A stretch of 64,000 nucleotides of DNA from a virus. The stretch covers positions 1-64,000 of the IMG/VR virus record IMGVR_UViG_3300021961_010439, one strand, 5' to 3'. The position numbers were made by a program, and so were the translations under genes. The stretch's first letter is position 1, and the number at the start of each line of letters is the position of its first letter. Below the pieces are notes generated by a model that was given only the letters and a program-made list of their open reading frames with translations, had not been told where the DNA came from and made no database searches. This document shows positions 49,109 through 58,755 of this stretch, one piece after another.

Positions 49109-50619
49109 AGCCAATAGGTCACTAGGGTTTTCCTGTTACAATTTGTATTTATAGACTCATCTGTATAGTATGAATCGGTGGAATCGTGTCTAGTAGAGAC
49201 TTCTTCAATAATACAACCATTAACAGTATAAAAACTATGTCTAACTCCTGGTTCTATAGTTGCATTATCTCCTGTGTACAGAATTTTTTCTACTCCGTTT
49301 AGAGATAATATAACATCTCCATATAATACAATAAAAGTTTCTTCTTTATGTTTATGATATTGTTCTGGATGATTTTGGTTAGGTAATAAGATTAATAATT
49401 TTTTACAATACTCTCTATTAACAACAGTAATCATTGTTAAGCCAGTTTTATCAAATTGATCTATACCATAATGATGTGAAATTTCTAGATCGGCTTGTCC
49501 TGGATAAACAATTTTTGCTTCTGATATAAAACCTTTAATTTTTTGTACTATATTCCATATTTTTTCTCTTGTATTAACTATAGAAATATCAGATTTTAGT
49601 AGTGGCTCATTGGTGTGTATATCTTTTAGACATATAGTATTATTATATTTTGACATATCATTAGCTAATAATTGATTGGCTTCAGATGGCCAAGCAAAAA
49701 ACACATTATTCTTTGATATTGTAGAATTGATAGTTAGATTATTTTTAACAAACACACCTCTTTTGAATTGTAGTAGGTCAGATTTTTCTTTTTCAGAAAT
49801 ATCATGTCTTTGTCCAGAAATACCACAAATTTCTATAGCTTTTTTTGTTTTATTTAACCATTCTATCATTTGCTCTGGATTTAAAGAATATGCGTTAATA
49901 CTATATTTAGCATTATATAGAGCAACGTGTTTTTCTATTACTGACACTCCCTTTGCAACTGCTATCATTACGGCATCTGTTTCGTTAGGCTCTTCGTGTG
50001 TAGAATAACCAATTGGAATATTAATATATCTATTTCTAAGCAAATCTATTTGATTTAATTGCAATCTATCATGACTAGTAGGATACTCTCCCACACAATG
50101 CATTAGTGTAATGTTTTGGTTTCTATGCACCATAAAACTAACAACACTGTCTATATCGCTTAAAGATGAACCAGCTGTAGATAAAATGATTTTTTTATTA
50201 TATCTTACATTTGTTTCTACTATTTTATTTAGTAATGGCCAATCAGTAAAAGAACAACTAGCCACTTTAATAATATCAAAGTTCATATTAAAAACATTAT
50301 CAACAGAAATTTCATCAAATGCTGTACACATTGTTATGAAACCACTGGATTGAGCAATATTTTTTAATTGAGCAAAGTCCGATTGTGGAAGATTGGTTTC
50401 TAAAAATCTTTTAACATATTTATGCTCTAGATTATTTTTATATTTTGGGTGTATAAACGTATCTAAATTTCTAAACTGAAATTTCCATGCAAAATCAAAA
50501 GTATCTTTAAAAGTATTTAGTATTTTTGCATATTCATTGATCATATTTTGAGCATGATTGATATCTCCCATATGATTATTAGCCATCTCAAATATGATTA
50601 AAATTTTGTTAGTATTCAT
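49105..50619 (-). CDS. neuB: NeuB-family PEP-dependent ulosonate synthase fused to a C-terminal cupin (lyxose-isomerase-like)
   Basis: 'EMANNHMG', 'KFQ', 'KVAS', 'HCVGEYP', 'GYSTHE', 'EKH'; cupin 'YCKKL...HPEQYHKHKEETF...H..EEVS'. Confidence 0.8.
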   Translation of the reverse strand: MNTNKILIIFEMANNHMGDINHAQNMINEYAKILNTFKDTFDFAWKFQFRNLDTFIHPKYKNNLEHKYVKRFLETNLPQSDFAQLKNIAQSSGFITMCTAFDEISVDNVFNMNFDIIKVASCSFTDWPLLNKIVETNVRYNKKIILSTAGSSLSDIDSVVSFMVHRNQNITLMHCVGEYPTSHDRLQLNQIDLLRNRYINIPIGYSTHEEPNETDAVMIAVAKGVSVIEKHVALYNAKYSINAYSLNPEQMIEWLNKTKKAIEICGISGQRHDISEKEKSDLLQFKRGVFVKNNLTINSTISKNNVFFAWPSEANQLLANDMSKYNNTICLKDIHTNEPLLKSDISIVNTREKIWNIVQKIKGFISEAKIVYPGQADLEISHHYGIDQFDKTGLTMITVVNREYCKKLLILLPNQNHPEQYHKHKEETFIVLYGDVILSLNGVEKILYTGDNATIEPGVRHSFYTVNGCIIEEVSTRHDSTDSYYTDESINTNCNRKTLVTYWL

Positions 50620-50623
50620 AGTT

Positions 50624-50938
50624 TTAGGTTATTTGTTTAAAAAAGTCATTAAAGTCTAAAACATTTATATTTTTATCATCAATAAACACATCATAGTATG
50701 GCTTGCCAAAAAGAAGATCATGATATTTTACTTCCCACAATCTAAATTGATCTTTTGTTATAGTTGACCAATCTTTACCACTAATAGTACCTCTCGCTGT
50801 CCAATATATAATAGTATGTCCTTGGTCGTATAGGGCATTTGCTTTTTCAATATTTTCTTTTATAGGAGTACTTTTAGTATAATCCGATTTATCTGGGGTT
50901 TTGCAGATTGTGTCGTCTATGTCTATGTATATGATCAT
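50624..50938 (-). CDS. Small HAD phosphatase (capsule-biosynthesis type)
   Basis: 'DIDDTIC', 'WTARG', 'GKP.YDVFIDDK'. Confidence 0.85.
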   Translation of the reverse strand: MIIYIDIDDTICKTPDKSDYTKSTPIKENIEKANALYDQGHTIIYWTARGTISGKDWSTITKDQFRLWEVKYHDLLFGKPYYDVFIDDKNINVLDFNDFFKQIT

Positions 50939-51531
50939 ACTTTTTTACAAATTACTTGATAATCTGACCATAAAATTTCATAAAAAGAATTGTATATATG
51001 TATAAAATAGTCTATTGCTATTTTTGGATAAATATGTTCATTTGTATCTTTCCATAAATAATCATCAAAAATTAATAATCCATATTGTTTTAGTAATCTA
51101 TGACAAAGTACAGCATCTTCTAATATATTATGTGCTTTATGAGATCCATCTATATAAATGATATTATATGTGGGTTTTAAATCTAGTTTTCTTAGTATAG
51201 AATGAGATTCTCCAATATAAATATTTACTTTATTTTTGTGCTTATGAATATTATATTTGAATCTATCTAAGAGATTTTCTAAATCTAAAGTCTTCATACC
51301 TAATTCAGAATTAGATCCATTGAATGTATCAATAACATCTATTCGACACGTATCGTGTGTAAGAACATTATCTAATAAATATGTTGTTGCTCTACCTTCA
51401 AAACAGCCTATTTCTAAACATTTTAAATCCGACATTCCTATAAAATTATTATCTCTAAAAAATCTTTCCCATATTGGTATATTATAACTGAACCAATCTG
51501 TAGTGAATATATAATTATCTTTATCTAGCAT
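50935..51531 (-). CDS. Class I SAM methyltransferase (Methyltransf_24-like)
   Basis: 'LEIGCFEGR', 'IYIDGSH', 'GLLIFDDY'. Confidence 0.85.
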   Translation of the reverse strand: MLDKDNYIFTTDWFSYNIPIWERFFRDNNFIGMSDLKCLEIGCFEGRATTYLLDNVLTHDTCRIDVIDTFNGSNSELGMKTLDLENLLDRFKYNIHKHKNKVNIYIGESHSILRKLDLKPTYNIIYIDGSHKAHNILEDAVLCHRLLKQYGLLIFDDYLWKDTNEHIYPKIAIDYFIHIYNSFYEILWSDYQVICKKV

Positions 51532-51534
51532 AAT

Positions 51535-52488
51535 TTACCAAATAAAGTTTTTTGTATAATGATCAACTATAGGACCTATTTCATTTTCAAACTTTTTATA
51601 TGTTTTCCATCCTAATGATTTTAATTTATCATCATTAAGAGCGTATCTGATATCTTGACCTGGACGAGATAAGGAAAAATCTATATACTTCTCATATTCT
51701 GTGACATTTCCATATATATGTCTAATTATAGTTTTTATAGTGTCAATATTTTTTTGTTCAAAACCACCAGCAATATTATATATTTCATTGATTGTGCCAG
51801 ACTCTATAATTCTTATTATTGCTTCTGTCGTATCAGAAACATGCAACCAATTACGAATTGGTTCTCCATAATTATGGACAGGAATTTTTTTTCCTAATAA
51901 CAAATATTTACATGTTTTAGGAATAAGTTTTTCTACATACTGGCCAATCCCATAATTATTTGTTGGTCTAACTATTATATATGGTAAATTATATGTTCGT
52001 GCCCATGCTAGTATTAACATATCTGCAGCAGCTTTTGTAGCAGAATATGGGTTGCTTGGTTTTAATAGATCTTTTTCAGTATGAGCTCCATTATCTATGT
52101 CTCCATATACCTCATCGGTACTAAAATGTAAAAAAATAGGCTTATAAGAAGATTCAGCCCTATAGTTTTTTAATAGTTCTAACAGATTATAGACCCCATC
52201 TATATTAGACTTTGTAAAATCTTTGCTTTTTGTAATAGAATTGCCTACATGCGTCTCTGCTGCAACATTAATAAAATAATCACATTCATATAAAAATTCT
52301 ATATGATTAATGTCTTTATGTTCAAATATAAAATTTGGATATTGATTAAATTCTTTTAACAGTTCTGGATTAGCGGCGTATGTTATTTTATCGATACCCC
52401 TTACATACCATCCTTTTTGTAGAATGGTTCTGGTAATATAAGATCCTATAAATCCTAAACAACCAGTAATATAACAGATTTTTTTCAT
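51535..52488 (-). CDS. rfbB: dTDP-glucose 4,6-dehydratase
   Basis: 'TGCLGFIGS', 'DKITYA', 'AAETHV', 'STDEVYG', 'PSNPYSATK', 'NNYG..QYVEKLIP', 'RPGQDIRY'. Confidence 0.9.
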   Translation of the reverse strand: MKKICYITGCLGFIGSYITRTILQKGWYVRGIDKITYAANPELLKEFNQYPNFIFEHKDINHIEFLYECDYFINVAAETHVGNSITKSKDFTKSNIDGVYNLLELLKNYRAESSYKPIFLHFSTDEVYGDIDNGAHTEKDLLKPSNPYSATKAAADMLILAWARTYNLPYIIVRPTNNYGIGQYVEKLIPKTCKYLLLGKKIPVHNYGEPIRNWLHVSDTTEAIIRIIESGTINEIYNIAGGFEQKNIDTIKTIIRHIYGNVTEYEKYIDFSLSRPGQDIRYALNDDKLKSLGWKTYKKFENEIGPIVDHYTKNFIW

Positions 52489-53309
52489 TACAAAGCTATC
52501 CAGTTTTGAGGATAATAATTACCATTAATAACTGTAGCTAATTCGTGGTTATTTACATAATTTTTTGGACAAATTACTATTTTATTGGGATTTTTATTTA
52601 AATAAGCCGCCCACCAACTAAAAGAACTATTTGCTATTATATTATGATCACATAAACTCATCAAACATAAATCAATATAATCACTATTTTTATCTATATA
52701 TGAAATATTATGATGTAATTGATTTAAATTAGTTTTGCACCACTCTATATCATTCGAAAAGATTAAAAGTTGATAATCTTGCAAGTTACCAATTCTATCC
52801 AACGCTTTGGCATAGTATTCAAAATTAAGCTGAGTATAAAAACTATGTTGAGGTAATAAATAATCTCCTCTGCGAACATGGATACTGATTGTTTTTGTAC
52901 TATTTTTTATTGATGTTATTTGATTGTTTGCTTGTTCTAGTATCTCATCATCAAACTCTATTTTATCCACCATATTTTTGATATGCTGATACCAGTAGTG
53001 ATATAGATCAAATCTAGCCATAAATGCATAATTTGTATCTGTATTAAGATTAAAAACGTTATTATCAACTATAACATAGTTATTGATGCCAACAAAAGTA
53101 AATTTTTCGATATAAGAATCATCTATTATTGAAATATTTGTTTTTAATAGTTTGGCAAATTTGAATCCAAATCCTTTATTTAGAGACGCTTTTGGAAATA
53201 CAAGAGTTTTATTATTGATTTTAGCAATTGATTCTAATGCAAAATATTGTTGAATTTGAGAACCAAGGTTTCCAACTTCTCCTATTAAAGGCATTGTTAT
53301 ATAGCTCAT
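52488..53309 (-). CDS. GT11 alpha-1,2-fucosyltransferase-family glycosyltransferase
   Basis: 'IHVRRGDY', 'IFSNDIEWCK', 'LMSLCDHNIIANSSFSWWAAYL'. Confidence 0.9.
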   Translation of the reverse strand: MSYITMPLIGEVGNLGSQIQQYFALESIAKINNKTLVFPKASLNKGFGFKFAKLLKTNISIIDDSYIEKFTFVGINNYVIVDNNVFNLNTDTNYAFMARFDLYHYWYQHIKNMVDKIEFDDEILEQANNQITSIKNSTKTISIHVRRGDYLLPQHSFYTQLNFEYYAKALDRIGNLQDYQLLIFSNDIEWCKTNLNQLHHNISYIDKNSDYIDLCLMSLCDHNIIANSSFSWWAAYLNKNPNKIVICPKNYVNNHELATVINGNYYPQNWIAL

Positions 53310-54670
53310 TTATTCTCCAATATAAATTGATCGAGCATATTTTCTATATAATCTAATTGATCACTTGTAATACCAGGATATACTCCTAAAAAGAATGTAT
53401 CTGTTGTAGATTTAGTCGCAATAGGAAATTCTTTTGCTGGGTCATTATATTCTACTGCTAAATCAGCATAAGCAGGATGAAATAAAGCATTACCAGTAAA
53501 GTATGATCTTGTTTGAATTTTTTTACTTTCTAGATAGGATACTATCTTAGCTTTTGTAAATGGACAATTATCTTTCAATGTTACAAGAAATCCGAACCAT
53601 GAAACATCAGCCTTATCAAATTTATTTGGAAGCATAAAGTATTCATTATACTTATTAAATATTGTATATAGCCTATTAAAATTATTTTTTCTTTTAGAAT
53701 GCATAATATCTAATTTTTTAATTTGCTCTAAGCCCATAGCGGCTTGCATCTCTGTTGGTTTTAAATTATATCCTATTTCATCGAACACATAACGATGATC
53801 ATAAATAATATCTGGTCTATATTTAAACCAACTATTAAATCTTGTGCCACATGCTGTGCCACACGTTACATCGCCGGGTTTTTTAGTATTACAATAACAT
53901 GCCCTACCCCAATCTCTTAAACTGGATACAACAATTCTTTCTTTAGGAGAGTTTACTCCAACATATCCTCCTTCTCCCATAGTCATATGATGAGCAGGAA
54001 AAAATGAGCAGCTAGATAAATGTCCAAAAAATCCTAATGGTTTATTGTCCCAAGTAGAACCTAGAGCGTCGCAAGAATCTTCTAAGAATATAAGATCATA
54101 TTTTTTAACTAAATCCATAACTCTATCCATATCGGGCGGATTACCCAATACATGAGCAAATATTAGTCCTTTAATTTTTTTATCTTTATCTTCTCGTAAC
54201 TTTTGTTCAACTTGATCTAAATTTAGATTTAAAGATGGTAATGTAACATCCACAAATACTGGCTTGAAACCATTTTGAATAATAGGATTAATAGTTGTAG
54301 GAAAACACACTACAGACGTTATAAATTCCGATCCCGATGGTAGATTAAAAAGCCTCTTAGACTTGCAGGCGGCGAGCATTAAAAGATTCGCTGAGGAACC
54401 TGAGTTAGTTAAAACTCCATCTGTTTTGCCTAAATAAGGAGCAAAAGTAGTCTCAAACTCCCTAGCCTTTGCTCCTAAGATTAACCACTCATCAAGTAAA
54501 CTATCAATAGCTGCAACATATTCATTATGATCAAAATAAGGTCCAGAGTAATTTACCCAATTTTTGTTCGGAATCCAAATTTTATCATATTTTTTCTTTT
54601 GTTTAATAAAAGACTTAATTAGTTGGAGTATTAGTTGTTTTTTGGTTTTTAGCCAAAATTTGTTGAACAT
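53306..54670 (-). CDS. rfbH: NDP-4-keto-6-deoxyhexose 3-dehydratase, E1/RfbH/DdhC type
   Basis: 'NSGSSANL', 'HVLGNP', 'EDSCDALG', 'SFFPAHHMTMGEGG' (His in place of the PLP Lys), Fe-S loop 'WGRACYC...TCGTAC'. Confidence 0.88.
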   Translation of the reverse strand: MFNKFWLKTKKQLILQLIKSFIKQKKKYDKIWIPNKNWVNYSGPYFDHNEYVAAIDSLLDEWLILGAKAREFETTFAPYLGKTDGVLTNSGSSANLLMLAACKSKRLFNLPSGSEFITSVVCFPTTINPIIQNGFKPVFVDVTLPSLNLNLDQVEQKLREDKDKKIKGLIFAHVLGNPPDMDRVMDLVKKYDLIFLEDSCDALGSTWDNKPLGFFGHLSSCSFFPAHHMTMGEGGYVGVNSPKERIVVSSLRDWGRACYCNTKKPGDVTCGTACGTRFNSWFKYRPDIIYDHRYVFDEIGYNLKPTEMQAAMGLEQIKKLDIMHSKRKNNFNRLYTIFNKYNEYFMLPNKFDKADVSWFGFLVTLKDNCPFTKAKIVSYLESKKIQTRSYFTGNALFHPAYADLAVEYNDPAKEFPIATKSTTDTFFLGVYPGITSDQLDYIENMLDQFILENK

Positions 54671-55574
54671 AATTATTATATATCCTTGGAATAGTGTCTT
54701 TAAAAGATGAAAAATTAAAAGAACCTATAGATTGTTTCATTAAATCTATTGATACGTCTTTTCTATACTGACCATCTGGTTTTGTAGAATTATACTCGAT
54801 AGTCCAATTATTTTTGCCTAAAATTGATAATATCTCTTTAGCCATATAGTCTATACTAAGATTACTATCATCGGGGGCAACATTAAAACTATGTTGTATA
54901 TTTTTTTCAACCATTAATTTAATAATTTTACTTAAGTCGCCAGCATACATAAACTGTCTCATTGGTTTACCAGTACCGAATAATTCTATAAAACACTTAT
55001 TATTTATTTCAGCTTGAGCAATTTTGTATAATAAGGATGTTATGAAGTGCATTTTTGTAGTGTTGTGTAATATATCGAATTCGCTATATAAATTACATGG
55101 AAAAATATAATTATAACAAGTTCCTAATTGTTTATTTGCAGCATCAATCTGTACACTCATATTTCTTTTTGCATAAGAATATGCAAAATTAGCTTTTGAT
55201 GGTGGGCCATCATGTAAATTATTTTCTTTCATTGGATACTCTGACACTATGTCTGGATATGCGCATGTGCTGGATATCGCAATAAGTCTTGGAATTTTAC
55301 TATTAATAGCTGCTTTAATAATATTAGTATTTATAATAGTATTTTGTTCAAAAAAATCGTATGGAGAAGATAAATTATCTTCTATCCCTCCCACTTTAGC
55401 AGCAGCATGAATGATAAAATCTGGTCTATGTATATTAAGATATGTGTTAATTTCATTAATTTCATAAAGATTAAGTTCTTTGCGTGAAGGAAATAGTGCT
55501 AGTGGAAATTCTTCTTTTAGGTGGCTACCTAGCATACCACTTCCGCCAGTAACTAAAATTTTAGATTGTTTCAT
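54615..55574 (-). CDS. fcl: GDP-L-fucose synthase/ColC-like epimerase-reductase
   Basis: 'TGGSGMLG', 'AAKVGGI', 'SSTCAYP', 'YSYAKR', 'PCNLY', 'GTGKPMRQF', 'KPDGQYRK'. Start probably at 55574. Confidence 0.85.
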   Translation of the reverse strand: MKQSKILVTGGSGMLGSHLKEEFPLALFPSRKELNLYEINEINTYLNIHRPDFIIHAAAKVGGIEDNLSSPYDFFEQNTIINTNIIKAAINSKIPRLIAISSTCAYPDIVSEYPMKENNLHDGPPSKANFAYSYAKRNMSVQIDAANKQLGTCYNYIFPCNLYSEFDILHNTTKMHFITSLLYKIAQAEINNKCFIELFGTGKPMRQFMYAGDLSKIIKLMVEKNIQHSFNVAPDDSNLSIDYMAKEILSILGKNNWTIEYNSTKPDGQYRKDVSIDLMKQSIGSFNFSSFKDTIPRIYNNYVQQILAKNQKTTNTPTN

Positions 55575-56187
55575 AATATGAATTTTGATTTTCTTGTTTA
55601 CTGATAGTTTTTTCATGTAGTAAACAAAATCTCGGATCCTGTGGTAATGATGCTTGAGCCGTACATCCTATAATAATCTCGTGGACCTTGTTTTGCCACA
55701 TGATGTGAGGTAAATTTTTAAATAATCGGGCCTGATAATCTGGAAAATTAATTCTATTTAGACTATCCAAATTCCAATTCCATTTTTTGATATGATCTGA
55801 GGTAATACCATTTACAAAGTTTTCTCTTGGTATCCAAAATAATTCTATCGATGAATTTTGATCTATTATAGAGTGAATATTTTGTATAAGAAAAGAATTA
55901 GGTATTTCATCTGCATCGATTTGAAATATATAATTTTTGGAACACAAGCTCTTAAGTTTATTTTTCCAGTCAGAAAAATGATTAGTAAAAGAATCTTCAA
56001 AATATTTTATATTACCATAATTAACATGATTATTACAAAATTGTTTGATCTGATCATTAGTTTTAGTAATATCACACAATACTACAATTTCGTCTTTATC
56101 TAAATCTATTAATTTTAGTAAATGAGATATTAGTTTTTCTAATTCTAAATATTCATTACAAACAGTAATAGCATAAGAAATATTCAT
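55561..56187 (-). CDS. GT2 glycosyltransferase
   Basis: 'ISYAITVCNE', 'IFQIDADE', 'PDYQARLF', 'KVHE'. Confidence 0.88.
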   Translation of the reverse strand: MNISYAITVCNEYLELEKLISHLLKLIDLDKDEIVVLCDITKTNDQIKQFCNNHVNYGNIKYFEDSFTNHFSDWKNKLKSLCSKNYIFQIDADEIPNSFLIQNIHSIIDQNSSIELFWIPRENFVNGITSDHIKKWNWNLDSLNRINFPDYQARLFKNLPHIMWQNKVHEIIIGCTAQASLPQDPRFCLLHEKTISKQENQNSYYETI

Positions 56188-58373
56188 AAAATATCTTTCA
56201 GATTAAAAGATTGTGTGTAACCACTCTGACCAAAATAAGATCCAAATATTTCTTTTCCTCTTGGACCTATTATTTTAGCTCGTGTATAAGTATTGCAACA
56301 ATTAGTGCCAACTAAGACAGTTTTAATAATAAAACGACAATAGCTATCTATATCTTGTGGAGTAATAGTGACAGGGATTGTTATTTTTGTTTGAGGACAT
56401 GGTTGATTGGTAAGAGAATTTACGCCGCAGCACCCAGGAGGGGTAGATACAAGATCAACTCTCTGAATTAATCTTGTTACTTGAGTTTCTGGATTCTGAA
56501 TAAATATATCGAAAATATCATCCTCACATCTATTTTCATCCAAAAATTCTATAGTTATATTAGCAGGAGTACGGCATGGTGTGTCTCTATCTAAAAAGAA
56601 TTGTTCGTATTTCATGTCTTTTCTTTTAAATGGTGGATTATCTTCAAAAGATAATGCAAAAGCTATTCCCCATGCTTGCTGATTACTACCACACTGTTTA
56701 AAATCACATCCATTAAAATCAAAACAATTATTACCACAATTTTCTGTATCTTTAAGCTCTACTTCCAATGCTCTATTACATGCTCTTTCTGATACATAAT
56801 TAATTCTTACAAATTTACAATTTACTCTTGTCCATACAGTCTTAAATGATCTTTCTAAACGAATATATCCACCTCTGCCTCCAAATCCATCCGATATTGG
56901 AACTCCTACGCCATCAGGTGATGATGTACTTCTCCCTTCTATTTCTAATGGTTGGCATAGGGTTTTGTAAAAAGGATTACAGTCATTAATTTTTTCAACA
57001 TTTGCTGATGTTTGTAATATACAATCTAAATGTGTTCCAGTAATTAAAAATGATCCTTTCGGGATTGGTCCCCAGTCTGGCTCTCCGCCGCTATTCCATT
57101 CGCCCCACGAATTAGCTATAAGAAATAAACTATCTGGATGTAATCTTCTGGTATCATCACACCCAATAATAGCCATTGTATGATACCATAGTCTATCAGG
57201 ATATGATAATCCAATACTATCTCTAACATTAGAAAACCCTACATTGGTGCTAAGAACTATTCCATATCCATTATGTAGAAATGCTCTTGCTTGTACACTA
57301 TCACTAACTCTCATTATGCTTTTTATACGTTTTACTGGTAATACAGTATTAGATGGTAGTCTACGATTTGTTCCATAGTAATGCTCTTCCTCATTTAATA
57401 CATTATATTGTAATCTATTATAGTCAAAACCATTTTGTTGTTGAGCATATCGTATAAAAATTTTAGGATCTCTTGTAGAATTAAAACTATCACTACTTTT
57501 ATTGATAAAATTGCCATATCCTCCATAAGATTTTCTTAAAAAATATCCAGCATGAATATAGTCTGTTATTTTATCAAAAGGAAAACCAGACCCAAGAGGA
57601 GCATTACCACTAGGCCATGATGGATAAGGTTCCTCTGCGCATTCTGCTAATGCTCTGCCAGTTTTTTCAGAACATCCCCAATCTCCACCAGGAATACATT
57701 GTTTTCTTATTGGCGGACAAGCTTGAGCGGGAGGACATGCACATCCGTATTTTCCTCCTAATAGGGTAGGAAAACATTCGATATTAGGTCCTCCAGAATA
57801 TCTTCTATTTGAATATGTTGTTGGTATAACATTAGGGCCACAAGATATTAATCCTTTTATTAAAGAATTTTTAGCAAATTGATATATTGGTTCTGTAGCT
57901 CCTCTAGCCTCCCAGTCATATAGTGGATCGCTAGTATTAGTTTCGTGTGCCTTAAAAAAAAGATCACATGCTCTACTAATATCAGCAGCATTACGTATAG
58001 CATTTGCTATACTATGATATTGACTATCTTGTATTTCTTGAAAACAATCAGGATCTAATATTTGTAAAAATTTATATGGTAAAGATAATCTACCAGCACT
58101 ACTAGCAGCAAAACCATAAAATTTTACTTTCCATTGTTCTAGTATTGGTAAAGAATCAACATTATCAAGATCTTGAGAAATTGATATATTATCAAGTTTA
58201 GATTTATATGAGTTATAACAAGGAAAAGGTAGCATCTTGCTAAGATGAGCCCAACCTTCCATATCATAAACAGCACCTTTGCCCCATTTTAGATTTCTAC
58301 TACCCCATGTATAGCTAGTATCACAGTAATTATATGAAAATTCAAAATAATATTGTTGGGGTGTTAAGGCCAT
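56184..58373 (-). CDS. Cys-rich papain (C1)-fold protein with Ser at the catalytic Cys position
   Basis: Blocks shared with 60932-61861: RNAxDIxRA, WxARGATExIY, GYGI, HxMAxIxCDD, FLxxNSWG, WGPIPxGSFLI. Confidence 0.75.
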   Translation of the reverse strand: MALTPQQYYFEFSYNYCDTSYTWGSRNLKWGKGAVYDMEGWAHLSKMLPFPCYNSYKSKLDNISISQDLDNVDSLPILEQWKVKFYGFAASSAGRLSLPYKFLQILDPDCFQEIQDSQYHSIANAIRNAADISRACDLFFKAHETNTSDPLYDWEARGATEPIYQFAKNSLIKGLISCGPNVIPTTYSNRRYSGGPNIECFPTLLGGKYGCACPPAQACPPIRKQCIPGGDWGCSEKTGRALAECAEEPYPSWPSGNAPLGSGFPFDKITDYIHAGYFLRKSYGGYGNFINKSSDSFNSTRDPKIFIRYAQQQNGFDYNRLQYNVLNEEEHYYGTNRRLPSNTVLPVKRIKSIMRVSDSVQARAFLHNGYGIVLSTNVGFSNVRDSIGLSYPDRLWYHTMAIIGCDDTRRLHPDSLFLIANSWGEWNSGGEPDWGPIPKGSFLITGTHLDCILQTSANVEKINDCNPFYKTLCQPLEIEGRSTSSPDGVGVPISDGFGGRGGYIRLERSFKTVWTRVNCKFVRINYVSERACNRALEVELKDTENCGNNCFDFNGCDFKQCGSNQQAWGIAFALSFEDNPPFKRKDMKYEQFFLDRDTPCRTPANITIEFLDENRCEDDIFDIFIQNPETQVTRLIQRVDLVSTPPGCCGVNSLTNQPCPQTKITIPVTITPQDIDSYCRFIIKTVLVGTNCCNTYTRAKIIGPRGKEIFGSYFGQSGYTQSFNLKDIL

Positions 58374-58377
58374 AGTC

Positions 58378-58755
58378 TCACCCCGGAGATATAGAACATC
58401 TATTGCATTTATATCTGTCTATTTCTGCGCTAGTAGCAACCTGTGGATTTATTTTCTCTGTTTTACCACAAACTCTGCACTTAACACTTATTGGTTCATA
58501 AGTTCGTGTTCTTGGTACAGGGGGGTGAACTGCTAACTGTTTGTCTATGGCTATATCTTCTTTATGCATATGTTTTTCCATCATTTTATCAAATTTATTC
58601 CATGTATTTGTATTTTTAATACTAGGTTTAATTTGAGTAAATTTTTCTGGATTTTGATCTTCTTCTACTACCGTTGCTGATAAAGACTCTGGGGTTTCCA
58701 GCATACTTTGTAAAATAGATATCATTGCTTGTATTTTATCTGGATCGACATTCAT
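58378..58755 (-). CDS. Zn-ribbon hypothetical protein
   Basis: CRVC...CNRC. Confidence 0.6.
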   Translation of the reverse strand: MNVDPDKIQAMISILQSMLETPESLSATVVEEDQNPEKFTQIKPSIKNTNTWNKFDKMMEKHMHKEDIAIDKQLAVHPPVPRTRTYEPISVKCRVCGKTEKINPQVATSAEIDRYKCNRCSISPG

